A stretch of 61,814 bases of DNA, filler included, from Sphingomonadaceae bacterium (GCA_050261575.1; 4 parts of 4 records of this genome joined end to end with filler, not necessarily neighbours in it), one strand, 5' to 3'; positions 41,265 to 50,378 are shown, numbered from the whole stretch's first letter. The notes: a model not told the origin generated them from the sequence alone. Program-made: numbers and translations.

Positions 41265-41966
41265 CTACAGGCCCAACCTCAACCGAGGAACCATCAATAT
41301 CGCCTCCAGCACCACCTGCCGGGAGAGCTTGGACTTGCCCACCCGCCGATCCTCGAAGATGATGGGCACCTCCACCACCCGGTAGCCTCGCCGGAGCGCA
41401 CGATAGGTCATCTCTATCTGGAAAGAGTAGCCGTTGGAGCGAACCGTGTCCAGATCCAGATTCTGCAGCAGTTGTCGGCGGAACAGCTTGAACCCTCCGG
41501 TGAGATCGCGCACCGGCACCCCCAGGATGATCTGGGAGTAGAGGCTGCCGCCCCGGCTGATCAGCTTGCGCGACCAGCCCCAGTTGCGCACACCCCCTCC
41601 CCGGACGTAGCGCGAGCCCAGCACCAGGTCGGCCCCCTCGTCCATGGCGCGCAGCATGGCAGGAAGGTGGGCGGGGTTGTGGGAGAGATCGGCGTCCATC
41701 TCGCCTATCGCCTCGTAGCCCAAACGCAAGGCGAGGCGGAAACCCTCCAGGTAGGCGGTGCCCAGGCCAGCCTTGCCGGGGCGATGGAGTACCCTCAGCC
41801 AGGGGCGGCGAGCCGCCATCTCCTCGGCCAGATCGCCGGTCCCATCGGGGGAGTTGTCGTCCACGATCAGGGCGTGGAGCCCCAGATCGAGGGCCTCGAG
41901 CCGCTCGATCAGATCCGGAAGGTTCTCCCTCTCGTTATAGGTAGGGATCACGAGCACCGTCTTCAC
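41265..41966 (-). CDS. Polyprenol monophosphomannose synthase (GT2)
   Basis: VIPTYNE.ENL, VDDNSPDGTG, MDADLSH, GSRY and DLTGGF motifs; possibly leaderless (TACAAT 9 nt before GTG). Confidence 0.92.
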   Translation of the reverse strand: MKTVLVIPTYNERENLPDLIERLEALDLGLHALIVDDNSPDGTGDLAEEMAARRPWLRVLHRPGKAGLGTAYLEGFRLALRLGYEAIGEMDADLSHNPAHLPAMLRAMDEGADLVLGSRYVRGGGVRNWGWSRKLISRGGSLYSQIILGVPVRDLTGGFKLFRRQLLQNLDLDTVRSNGYSFQIEMTYRALRRGYRVVEVPIIFEDRRVGKSKLSRQVVLEAILMVPRLRLGL

Positions 41967-42203
41967 TGTGGGAGCATTGTAGCAGAAAAGGCCGGATGCC
42001 GGCCGAGGCGGGTCCATGGCCGGCATCTGCGCAGCATACCGGATTGCCCGTCGCGGCGCTCGGTGCTACGATGTGTATGCTCCAGGAACACAGTCCACCG
42101 ATTCCGGATTAGCGCCCAGTAGCCCACCTTGGTGCATTCCACGAGGTCGCGCTTGACCAGGGTTGAGGAGGAGAGGCTTCGGGCTGTTCAGGAGGGTAGT
42201 CCG

Positions 42204-43058
42204 ATGACGGACCCTGCAGGCCAGAGCCGGAAACGGCGAGCCGATCAATGGCTTAACACGGTAAACAACTTGCCGCCCTTTCCCAGTGTCGTCCAAGAGG
42301 TGATGGCGCTGCTGGACAGCAACCGCTCCAGTGCCAAGGACGTGGCCAGGGTGATCAGCCGAGACGAGGCGATCACAGCCAAGATACTGCGGGTGGTGAA
42401 CTCGGCCTTCTATGGCACTCACAGCGAGGTGACCACCGTCTCCCACGCCGTCACGCTGTTGGGCTTCGAGCAGCTCCGCTTGTTGATCGTCGGGGTGGCG
42501 CTGCTCGAACAGGGCCGGGTGCGGAACCCGCTGGCGGATCAGGCCCGGAAGCGCATATGGGAGCACTCCACCGCCTGCGCGCGGTGGTCGCAGGAGCTGG
42601 CCAGGGCTACCCGCTACCAGCCGGTGGAGGAGGCGGCCGTGGCGGGGTTGCTGCACGATGTGGGCAAAGTGGTGCTGGCAGTGTCGAGCCCCAAGGAGTT
42701 CACCAACTCTGTTGTGATGAGCCAGGCGGAGGGGATCTCATCGTGGGAGGCGGAGGAGAAGTCCATGGGGTTCAACCACGTGGAAACCGGTAGGATGGTT
42801 GCCGAGCGGTGGAGGCTTCCCTCGGTGGTCCGCTACTCGATCGGGCTACACCACAGCCCGTGGCCTCTGGGCCTGGAGGACGACAAGGACGCCAAGAAGC
42901 TGCAGCACCTGTTGGCCATCGTGCGGGTGGCGAATCACGCCGCCAAGCAATCGCTGGCCCAAAACCCTGCCGACGATGCGTCGGAGCCCCGGATCGTCGT
43001 CAGCCCCGAGGTGCTGCTGGAGAGGGTGTACGAGGTCAACGGCCTCCTCATGGACTGA
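42204..43058 (+). CDS. HDOD domain protein
   Basis: LPPFP, ILRVVNSAFYG, AVTLLG, WEHS, GLLHDVGK and W.LP..HH motifs. Confidence 0.9.
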   Translation: MTDPAGQSRKRRADQWLNTVNNLPPFPSVVQEVMALLDSNRSSAKDVARVISRDEAITAKILRVVNSAFYGTHSEVTTVSHAVTLLGFEQLRLLIVGVALLEQGRVRNPLADQARKRIWEHSTACARWSQELARATRYQPVEEAAVAGLLHDVGKVVLAVSSPKEFTNSVVMSQAEGISSWEAEEKSMGFNHVETGRMVAERWRLPSVVRYSIGLHHSPWPLGLEDDKDAKKLQHLLAIVRVANHAAKQSLAQNPADDASEPRIVVSPEVLLERVYEVNGLLMD

Positions 43059-43065
43059 GACGACA

Positions 43066-43094
43066 CAGGGGGCGACCGAAGGGCCGCCCCCTGT
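43066..43094. terminator. Hairpin between convergent genes
   Basis: CAGGGGGCGACC-GAAG-GGCCGCCCCCTG. Confidence 0.5.
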
Positions 43095-43156
43095 GGGCCA
43101 ACAGCCGGGACCTATAGCCGGACGGTAGGGGACCCCCCCACCGCGCGATCGCTCGA

Positions 43157-43834
43157 TTACGCCCCGCCCTCCTCGGGCTTCTTCAGCTTGGCCTTCAGTT
43201 CGGCCAACTGGGAGTCGAGATCGGCCTCCTTCTCCAGCGCGGCGAACTTCTCTTCCAGGCTGTCGGTGCCCAGCTCGACGGCAGCCTTGGCCCGAGCCTC
43301 CTTCTCGAGGACTTTCTCCTCCATCCGCTCGAAGCCCTCCATGGCCCCGGCCTCGCCGATCCCGGCTATGGTCTCGTGGATCTTGCGCTCCGCCTCCGCC
43401 CGACGGCTGCGGGCGATCAGGAGATCCTTCTTCCGCTCGGCCTCGTCGAGCTTCGCCTCCAGCTTCTGCAGGGCGTTCTTCAGCACCTCCACCTGTTGCT
43501 TCTGGTCCTCGTACTGGACCTTGAAGCCGTCGGCGGTGCTCTGGTAGCTGTTTCGCCGCTGCAGTGCCTGCTTGGCCAGTTCGTCCTCCCCCTTGCTCAC
43601 CGCTAGCTCGGCCTTCTTCTGCCACTCCTCAGCCTGCTCCTGGTTCTGGAGGTAGCGCTGATACAGCTTCTGCTCGTCGGCGATGGCGGCGGCCACCTGG
43701 GTCTTCACCTGGATCAACTGGTTCTGCATGTCTAGGATGTACTGCTTGATCATCTTCTCGGGGTCTTCCGCCCGATCCAGCAGTTCGTTGAGGTTCGCCC
43801 TGACCAGGGTGGTGACTCTCTCCAGTAGGCTCAC
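43157..43834 (-). CDS. pspA: PspA/IM30 family protein
   Basis: SLLERV..LVRANLN.LLD.AEDPEKM, W..KAELA...G.DELA..AL; GTG start behind AAGGAGG. Confidence 0.93.
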   Translation of the reverse strand: MSLLERVTTLVRANLNELLDRAEDPEKMIKQYILDMQNQLIQVKTQVAAAIADEQKLYQRYLQNQEQAEEWQKKAELAVSKGEDELAKQALQRRNSYQSTADGFKVQYEDQKQQVEVLKNALQKLEAKLDEAERKKDLLIARSRRAEAERKIHETIAGIGEAGAMEGFERMEEKVLEKEARAKAAVELGTDSLEEKFAALEKEADLDSQLAELKAKLKKPEEGGA

Positions 43835-43896
43835 GTTCGCCTCCTTCTCTCGTTCAACTACTAAGTCATATCGAGAATTGGACCGATTGGCCGCCC

Positions 43897-44406
43897 CTAT
43901 GGTTTCAGTTCCATCCTCCGTTTCAACTCCGCCAACTGGCGCTCCAACAGATCCTCGCGCTCCAGCGCCTCCAGCTTCTCCGCCAGCTCGTCCCTCTCCA
44001 GTTCGGCCCGGGCGGCGAGCCGCGCCCGCGTCTCGGTGGCATCGGTTTCCCAGAGTCCCTCCGCGGCGGGCACTCGCCCCAGGTCGGGGAGGTGTGGGGC
44101 GATCCCCGACTCCAGCGCCCGCAGCCTCCCCTTCATCGTCTCGACGTAGCCCTTCTGCTCCAGGAACTGCTGCTGAAACTGGGAAGCCCGAGCGCAGTGC
44201 TCCCTGGCGCGAGCCAGGGCGGCGCGGGCGAGCTCCTCGTCCCCCTTGCTCAGGGCGAGTTCGGCCCTGCGCCTCCACTTGTCGGCTTCCCGGTCCGACT
44301 CGACGTAGCGCTGATACATCATCTGCTCGTCGGCGATGGCGGCCATCAGGGAGCGCTTCGCCTCCGGTAGTCGGGAGCGTACTTCGAGGGATCGGTGACT
44401 ACTCAT
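43897..44406 (-). CDS. Shortened PspA-like paralog
   Basis: AAIADEQ and W.RRAELAL.KGDEELAR.AL are shared with the adjacent PspA; helix 0/1 region and part of the centre are missing. Confidence 0.75.
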   Translation of the reverse strand: MSSHRSLEVRSRLPEAKRSLMAAIADEQMMYQRYVESDREADKWRRRAELALSKGDEELARAALARAREHCARASQFQQQFLEQKGYVETMKGRLRALESGIAPHLPDLGRVPAAEGLWETDATETRARLAARAELERDELAEKLEALEREDLLERQLAELKRRMELKP

Positions 44407-44894
44407 CCATCACGCTCCTCTCCAACCTCTTCATCGATCGCCTGGGCGATGCGATCGAGGGCCGCTGGCGGGACCTCCAGCAGTTGATCCAGCAGGGCCA
44501 CGTACCGCATGGGGTCCTGGACGCGAGAGAGCTTGAACAACACGTGCGCGAGGTAGGGCTCGTCGCGCAGCGTCTCGGCCTGATGGAGGAGCCAGCCCCT
44601 GAGATCGCCGGGATCGGCGAGGGCCTCTGTGCGCAGGGAGGTCTCGAACCCCTCCGGATCGTCCACCAGGTAGCCTGGCAGCACCTGGAAGAAGCGTGCG
44701 AGGAGGTCCCTCGTCTTGGCGGTCATGTGGACCCTGGAGCCTCCTTCCAGTTGGCAGAGGTAGGGGTGGCTGATGGTATCGCCCAGTTCCCGTTCCATGG
44801 CGCGCACCACCTCTGCCTTGGTCATCGCCCTGCCCAGTCCCCTGTGGACACCCTCCACGAAGCGGAGGTGCCGGAGCTTCTCGCCGAGCCGCAT
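44403..44894 (-). CDS. XRE-like HTH transcriptional regulator
   Basis: MRLGEKLRHLR, MTKAEV, ISHPYLCQLEGG and LARFF.V.PGYLV motifs. Confidence 0.8.
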   Translation of the reverse strand: MRLGEKLRHLRFVEGVHRGLGRAMTKAEVVRAMERELGDTISHPYLCQLEGGSRVHMTAKTRDLLARFFQVLPGYLVDDPEGFETSLRTEALADPGDLRGWLLHQAETLRDEPYLAHVLFKLSRVQDPMRYVALLDQLLEVPPAALDRIAQAIDEEVGEERDG

Positions 44895-44907
44895 CGCCAC
44901 CCCTGTG

Positions 44908-44954
44908 TTGCAATTTGCAAGCCACTGTATAGCAAATTGCAAGGACGATGTCAA
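44908..44954 (-). promoter_or_regulatory. Promoter of the HTH-psp operon with overlapping inverted-repeat operator
   Basis: Minus TTGACA-N17-TATACA with TG extension; TTGCAATTTGC-N13-GCAAATTGCAA at 44908-44942. Confidence 0.75.
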
Positions 44955-45040
44955 GGGGGCGTCGGGCGCGGCGCCCCAGGCCGGCGAGCCCTCTCCGGTC
45001 TGCAGCCTCCCTGTCTGTGGCTAAGGACCACGATAGCCAG

Positions 45041-45069
45041 TTGACAAGGGTATACGAGCGCTGTAAATT
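45041..45069 (+). promoter_or_regulatory. Divergent sigma70-type promoter
   Basis: TTGACA-N17-TAAATT. Confidence 0.55.
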
Positions 45070-45274
45070 TGCAGGCACGTTGTGGTAGGTTCATTGCCCT
45101 TCGCCCTCTCGATCCCCAGCGCGGCTGCCCGGCCCAGCCCCCCGAGTCGCCGCTCTCGCCTGATTGGTCGCGCGGCTCACCGGACGGACAAGGGAGGTGA
45201 GGAACGAGGTCACTCAGGATGCTCCTGCGCCGATGGTGGTTCGTCTCCCATGATGAGGCAGAGGGGGTACAGAG

Positions 45275-45463
45275 ATGTCGATATCCATCTCGAGACACGG
45301 ACTGATCTGGCTGGCGGTGGTCTTGTTCCTGGTCGGCCTGCTGCTGTTGGCACTGCCCCCCACCGGCCAGGCGCAGCCGGCGGCGGTCGACGCCGAGCCC
45401 CCAGCGATCCTGGCCGCGGGCCTTTGGATCGCCTGGGGTCACAGGGCCGTCCGCGGAGGGTAG
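45275..45463 (+). CDS. Small hypothetical membrane or secreted protein
   Basis: GAGGGGG SD; 62 aa with a strong signal or transmembrane segment. Confidence 0.5.
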   Translation: MSISISRHGLIWLAVVLFLVGLLLLALPPTGQAQPAAVDAEPPAILAAGLWIAWGHRAVRGG

Positions 45464-45723
45464 GCCGACGTCCACGCCCGCCACTTCGCCCCGACTGCCG
45501 GCGTGGCCGAGGACCCGTGACCGGGCTGGCCAGCGGCGGCATGGGTGCCTACCTGGTGAGGTACGGTCTGGTGGACAGGGACCGGCTGCTGGCCGAGCAG
45601 GGCCACATCGTAGGCCGACCGGGCACCGTCCACATCGAGGTCGTGAGGGAGGGACGGGAGATCACATCGGTGAAGGTGGGTGGCCAGGCTGTCACCGTCC
45701 TCACCGGGGAGCTGTTCTTCTAG
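45464..45723 (+). pseudogene. PhzF-family isomerase C-terminal remnant with frameshift
   Basis: ADVHARHFAPTAGVAEDP then a 1-nt frameshift at ~45514-45517 into VTGLASG...EQG...GRPG...VGGQAV; no N-terminal half. Confidence 0.75.
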
Positions 45724-45836
45724 CCCTATCCCACCTTGGGGTGGCAGGGCGGATGCGAACTCGCGTGCTCGCTCGCGTTACGCGCCCCCGCCACGTGGCG
45801 CTAAGAGGCGCTGTTGCTCGTCAGGGTGGTGAGTCG

Positions 45837-46031
45837 ATGAAAGCGATCCTACGGAACCCGACGCGCGAGGTGGAGTTCTCCGGCAAGCGTCGGGTGAGAG
45901 ACCTGCTGAAGGAGTTGGGAGTCAATCCCGAGACGGTGCTGGTGATACGGGGCGGGACCCTGCTGACCGGCGATGCGTTGCTGCGGGAGTCGGACGTGGT
46001 GGAGATCCGGCCGGTCGTGTCTGGAGGTTAG
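45837..46031 (+). CDS. ttuB: ThiS/MoaD-family sulfur carrier (TtuB-like)
   Basis: 64 aa ending VVSGG; directly upstream of a TtuA-like gene. Confidence 0.85.
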   Translation: MKAILRNPTREVEFSGKRRVRDLLKELGVNPETVLVIRGGTLLTGDALLRESDVVEIRPVVSGG

Positions 46032-46034
46032 CCC

Positions 46035-46934
46035 TTGCGCTGCACCCGATGCGGAGGCGAGGCGTGGATAGAGCTTCGCCGCCACAACGCCGCCTACTGC
46101 GACCGGTGCTTCCTCCACGCTTTCGAGGAGCAGGTCGGCCGGGCCATCCACCGGGAGAGGATGTTCGCGCCGGAGGATCGGGTGTTGGTGGCTGTGTCCG
46201 GCGGGAAGGACAGCCTGGCGCTGTGGGACGTCCTGCAGCGACTGGGCTACCGCGCCAGCGGACTCCACCTGGACCTGGGGATCGAGGGCTACTCCGCCGT
46301 CTCCCGCCGGAAGGTCGAGGCGTTCGCCTCCGAGCGGGGCCTGGAGCTGATCGTCGTCGACTACCGGGAGGAGTTGGGTGGGGGGGTGGACTCCCTGTAC
46401 AGGAAAGTGCGCCGGAACCCCTGCTCGGCATGCGGCCTCAGCAAGCGCCACTTCTTCAACCGGGTGGCCCTGGAGCGGGGCTTCGACGTGGTGGCCACCG
46501 GCCACAACCTGGACGACGAGGCGGCTTCCCTGTTGGGCAACCTCCTCCACTGGAGGGTGGGCTACCTGTCCCGCCAGTCCCCCGTCATGGAGAGCACCCA
46601 TCCGCACATGGTCAGGAAGGTGAAGCCCCTCTTTCGGCTGACGGAAAGGGAGACGGCGGCCTACGCCATCCTGAGGGGGATCGACTACGTGGTGGACGAG
46701 TGCCCCCTGTCCGAGGGGGCTCGCTCCCTGCTGTACAAGGAGATCCTGAACCGGCTGGAGGCCGAGTCTCCCGGTGCCAAGCACAGCTTTCTCTTCGGCT
46801 ACCTGGAGAGGGGCCGGTCAGCTTTCCGCGAGGCCGGGGAGACCGTTCACCTGCGAGAGTGCGAGCTGTGCGGCCAGCCCACCACGGAGCCGCTCTGCGC
46901 CTTCTGCCGGATGAAGCAACTGCTTCATCCGTAG
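46035..46934 (+). CDS. ttuA: tRNA 2-thiolation enzyme, TtuA/Ncs6 family
   Basis: Terminal zinc fingers, SGGKDS PP-loop, CSAC, TGHNLDD and ECP motifs. Confidence 0.88.
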   Translation: MRCTRCGGEAWIELRRHNAAYCDRCFLHAFEEQVGRAIHRERMFAPEDRVLVAVSGGKDSLALWDVLQRLGYRASGLHLDLGIEGYSAVSRRKVEAFASERGLELIVVDYREELGGGVDSLYRKVRRNPCSACGLSKRHFFNRVALERGFDVVATGHNLDDEAASLLGNLLHWRVGYLSRQSPVMESTHPHMVRKVKPLFRLTERETAAYAILRGIDYVVDECPLSEGARSLLYKEILNRLEAESPGAKHSFLFGYLERGRSAFREAGETVHLRECELCGQPTTEPLCAFCRMKQLLHP

Positions 46935-46971
46935 CCGCAGGCTTCTGGGCACGCGCGCCCATAGGGTGCGA

Positions 46972-48828
46972 CTACAGCTTCAGATCCCGGCAGATGTCCC
47001 CCAGGCCCAGCTCCTCCAGCCTCTGCGCGTTGGGCCTGGCCGTCCTGGTATCCCAGCCCATCGCCTCGCAGAACTCTCTCACCTGAGTGGCCAGGCCCAC
47101 CGAAACCCCACGCACGTTGCCGGCCTCCAGTGGGGGGTCGCCGATCATCCTGCCGGGCACCTGGTACTCGAGGGGATTCAGCCCCTCCCGGAGGTTGAAG
47201 GCGTGACGGACGTTGGCGATCCGCTCTCCGACGGTGAGGCATTCCTCCACGGGGTAGGGCCAGCCGGTGACTGCCTCCAGGAAGTCCGGAATGAACTGCC
47301 AGGGGTAGGAGAAGGCGGCGAACTGGCATACCCCGGCGGCGTTGACCACGTGCATCAGGTTGGCTGCCTTGGCGTGGATCTCGCCCTTGCCGCCGTACTG
47401 GTACTTATCCACCCGCGGGCCCAGGTTCGACCTGTAGGGACGGCTCTGCTCGCCCCCCTGCGTGTGGCGCCCGGGAGTGGCGTCCATCAGGTATGTGGTG
47501 GCGAAGCCGGGCTGGAAGCGAGGATCGTGGGCCGGAAGCTCCTGCCCGTGGATGTGGATGGCGAACTGCTCGGATCCGTTGCCCACCTGCTGTGATGCCC
47601 GCCAGACCCCCTGCGCAAGCAGGTCGCCGAACCCCTCCCGGCGAGCCAGCTTCTCGAGTGTCGCCAGTATCGCCGCGTCGTTGCCCCAGGTCAGCTCGAT
47701 CCCGTCGGTGTCCGCCGTGGTGAGGATCCCCTTCTCGAACGCCTCCATGGCCCAGGCGATGACGGCCCCGGCCGAGATGGTGTCCAGCCCGTAGCGGTTA
47801 CAGATGTCGTTGGCCTTGATGGTGGAGGCGTAGCTGTCGTTCAGCAGGTTGATGCCGAACATGGCCCCCGTCTCGTACTCGCTCTGGTGCCCACTCACAC
47901 CCTGGTAGGGTCCCGAGTGGCGGACCTCCTGGTAGCCGCCGCAAGCCATGGTGCAGCGCCAGCAGCCGTACTTGCGCACCTGGTAGGTGGCGATCAACCT
48001 ATCGCCATCGAGCTTTGTGGCGGCGCTGGGGAGGTCCACCGGCCCGGCGCCGGCCCAGTTCCTCACGGGGGAGTCGCCGCTCATGGCCGACTCCCCCAGC
48101 GCGCCCGGGGTGCCGGTCTTGCTGAAGAAGTCGTAGGCCCCGCCGTGCTGCTTCATGTAGAATGCGCGTAGCGCCCTCGCCTTGTCCGGATTCGCCAGCG
48201 GGATCGGTCTCTTTCCCTTTGCCACCACGGCCTTCAGCCGCTTGGAACCCATCACCGCCCCCACGCCCGAACGGCCGGCTGCGCGGCCGTAGTCGTTGAT
48301 GATGGCGGCGATGAGAGCCAACTTCTCCCCCGAGGGGCCGATGCTTGCCACGTGGGCCTCTCGACCGTGGCGGGCCTTCAGCAGGTCCTCAGTCTCGTTG
48401 GTGTCGTGGCCCCACAGGTCCGAGGCGTCCCGCAACTCTGCCCTTCCATCCTCGAGCAGGAGGTAGACGGGCCGATCGGAGATGCCCGAGAAGAGGATGG
48501 CGTCGAAGCCGGCGAGCTTGAGGTGTGGCCCGAAGGTGCCGCCGCAGTTGGCATCGCCCCAGGTGAGAGTCAGGGGGGACTTGCATACCACGGTGAAGCG
48601 GTTGCCCTCGATGGCCGGAGTGCCGGTGAGGGGGCCGGTGAAGAAGCCCAGCAGGTTCTCGGGGCCGAGGGGATCCACGCCGGCGGGCATCCGGTCGTAC
48701 AGCAGCCGGGCCCCCACGCCGTACCCTCCCAGGAAGCCCCTCAGCAGCCCCTCGTCGAGGGCTTCCTCCCGCACGCTTCCCGAGGCGAGGTCCACGTCCA
48801 GAATCTTGCCAGCGTATCCTCCGGCCAT
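46972..48828 (-). CDS. aor: Aldehyde:ferredoxin oxidoreductase (tungstopterin)
   Basis: GYAGKIL.VDL, KSPLT, AAGRSGVGAVMGSK.LKA, CWRC...C, EYET, GLDTIS and HDPR motifs. Confidence 0.93.
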   Translation of the reverse strand: MAGGYAGKILDVDLASGSVREEALDEGLLRGFLGGYGVGARLLYDRMPAGVDPLGPENLLGFFTGPLTGTPAIEGNRFTVVCKSPLTLTWGDANCGGTFGPHLKLAGFDAILFSGISDRPVYLLLEDGRAELRDASDLWGHDTNETEDLLKARHGREAHVASIGPSGEKLALIAAIINDYGRAAGRSGVGAVMGSKRLKAVVAKGKRPIPLANPDKARALRAFYMKQHGGAYDFFSKTGTPGALGESAMSGDSPVRNWAGAGPVDLPSAATKLDGDRLIATYQVRKYGCWRCTMACGGYQEVRHSGPYQGVSGHQSEYETGAMFGINLLNDSYASTIKANDICNRYGLDTISAGAVIAWAMEAFEKGILTTADTDGIELTWGNDAAILATLEKLARREGFGDLLAQGVWRASQQVGNGSEQFAIHIHGQELPAHDPRFQPGFATTYLMDATPGRHTQGGEQSRPYRSNLGPRVDKYQYGGKGEIHAKAANLMHVVNAAGVCQFAAFSYPWQFIPDFLEAVTGWPYPVEECLTVGERIANVRHAFNLREGLNPLEYQVPGRMIGDPPLEAGNVRGVSVGLATQVREFCEAMGWDTRTARPNAQRLEELGLGDICRDLKL

Positions 48829-48874
48829 ACGTCCTCCAAGGGCGAGTGACAAGTGATGAGTGTGGATCTCTCTA

Positions 48875-48942
48875 AGCAAGCATCTCCAGATAGAGTCCAC
48901 GTTTCCCGCCGGAGCAGTCGACATGAACTGGAGATAGCTGCT
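48875..48942 (-). repeat. 68-bp hairpin element, copy E (TA-flanked)
   Basis: Plus strand TA|AGCAAGCATCTCCAGATAGAGTCCACGTTTCCCGCCGGAGCAGTCGACATGAACTGGAGATAGCTGCT|TA. Confidence 0.88.
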
Positions 48943-48952
48943 TACTCATCAC

Positions 48953-49210
48953 TCATGACTGCGTTCTCTGTCGTAGGATCGTGGTTATCTCGTCGACGGT
49001 GGGATGCCGGCCCAGCTTCTTCTTGGAGAAGACCAGCTCGCCGTCCACCTTCACCTCGAAGACCCCTCCGCCGGAGGGGATGAGGGTGAGCTCCCCGATG
49101 TCCGTTCCCAACTGATCGAGCAGCGATTCCGCCAGGCCGACGGCCTGGGGCAGATAGTTTCACAAGTTGCAGTACTCGATCGAGATGGAGAGCCGTCTAT
49201 TCTGTGCCAC
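48953..49210 (-). CDS. SelT/SelW/SelH (Rdx) family selenoprotein with CxxU motif
   Basis: GAGGAGGTG SD; MAQNRRLSISIEYCNLUNYLPQA...LIPSGGGVFEVKVDGELVFSKK; TGA at 49160-49162; hairpin CCAGGCC-GTC-GGCCTGG 11 nt downstream. Confidence 0.88.
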
Positions 49211-49441
49211 CGCGTCACCTCCTCATAGATGTTGGTTTCGCAACCTTCATACCAGGAAAGGGGCCTACCCGCAAGGGTTGCGGGCCGTGCCAGCGAGCCG
49301 CTCCGGCATCGAGGGCGGACTCCAGTTGGGAGCAGCCAGAGCAGGCGCGGCAGACCCCCGCGGGATGGGTCCCCGGCGCACGGCATGTGGATCGAGAGCT
49401 TCGTCTCCGGCGCCGCGGCTTGGGCTATCGGCTCGATGTAG

Positions 49442-49510
49442 TTGACAGCGGGGCATCGTTCGGTATAATCGAAAGCCGGGACGCCGTCCCGCATCCACGG
49501 AATGCGGGAC
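49442..49510 (+). promoter_or_regulatory. Consensus promoter of the iclR-family gene with downstream inverted repeat
   Basis: TTGACA-N16-TATAAT (49442-49469); GTCCCGCAT-N7-ATGCGGGAC (49486-49510). Confidence 0.7.
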
Positions 49511-49550
49511 GAATGCCGGCTTCCCAATCCCTCTTGGTGGTGTTCCGCGG

Positions 49551-50378
49551 GTGAGCGAGCAGTTGCGTTCGGTGGAACGTGCCGCCGATCTCCTGAGCGC
49601 CCTGGCGCAGGCCGGGTTGCCGCTGGGCGTCAGGGAGTTGGCCGCTAGGTTGGACGTCAGCAAGAGCTCCGTCCACCGGATCCTGGTCAGCCTGCGCAGC
49701 CGGGGTTTCGTCGAGGAGGACCCGGTCACGGGCCGCTATCGGTTGGGGCTACGGGCCATGGAGGTGGGCGTCGCGGTGCTGGATCAGCTCGAGCCCTACG
49801 GGGCATGCAAGCGCTATCTGGAGGAGCTGCTGCGGCAGACCAACGAGACGGTGAACCTGGCGCTGCTGGACGAGGAGGACGGCCAGGTCGTCTACCTGGC
49901 CAAGCTCGAGCCTCCCCAGTCGATCCGCATCAATACCCGACTGGGGGCGCGCCGCCCGGCCCACTGCACGGCGTTGGGCAAGGCGATCCTGTCCGAAATG
50001 CCGCCCGCCAAGGCGGAGTCCTTGCTCCGGCTCAGGCCGCTTCAGCGGTTGACCGAGCGGAGCGTGGTGGAAGTGGACTGGCTGTTGCGTCACCTGGCCG
50101 AGTGCAGAGAGCGGGGCTACGCGGTGGACGACGAGGAGTTCGAAGAAGGCATCATCTGCGTTGGGGCGCCCGTCAGGGGCCGAGACGGGCAGGCCACGAT
50201 GGCGATGAGCGTGTCTGCACCCCGCTTTCGCACCCCACCGGAGCGGGTGGCCCAGTTGGGCGCCATGGTGCGCGCCACGGCGCTGGCGGCATCCCGACGA
50301 TTCGGCTTTCTCATCTCGACTCCCCAGGCGGGCATCTCTGAACGGGGTACGCCTTTCCCGCCAGGGAAGCCGACGTGA
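49551..50378 (+). CDS. IclR-family transcriptional regulator
   Basis: SVERA..LL, KSSVHRIL, TNETVNLA, HCTALGKA and GYAVDDEE motifs; C-terminal tail comes from repeat copy F. Confidence 0.95.
   Translation: MSEQLRSVERAADLLSALAQAGLPLGVRELAARLDVSKSSVHRILVSLRSRGFVEEDPVTGRYRLGLRAMEVGVAVLDQLEPYGACKRYLEELLRQTNETVNLALLDEEDGQVVYLAKLEPPQSIRINTRLGARRPAHCTALGKAILSEMPPAKAESLLRLRPLQRLTERSVVEVDWLLRHLAECRERGYAVDDEEFEEGIICVGAPVRGRDGQATMAMSVSAPRFRTPPERVAQLGAMVRATALAASRRFGFLISTPQAGISERGTPFPPGKPT

Noticed and set aside
43835..44278. N-terminal extension of PspA in the ORF track (likewise 59872-60723, 60786-61061 and 37816-38046)
   Set aside because: These extensions overlap other genes or lack homology, and downstream starts match the family N-termini, most with an SD.
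45509..45520. In-frame TGA after EDP as a third selenocysteine
   Set aside because: The position corresponds to Val in the conserved EDPVTG, and homology continues in another frame, so it is a frameshift.
49229..49440. Moco/Wco riboswitch upstream of the Rdx-aor unit
   Set aside because: Conserved motif elements are not visible; only a weak promoter candidate is present.
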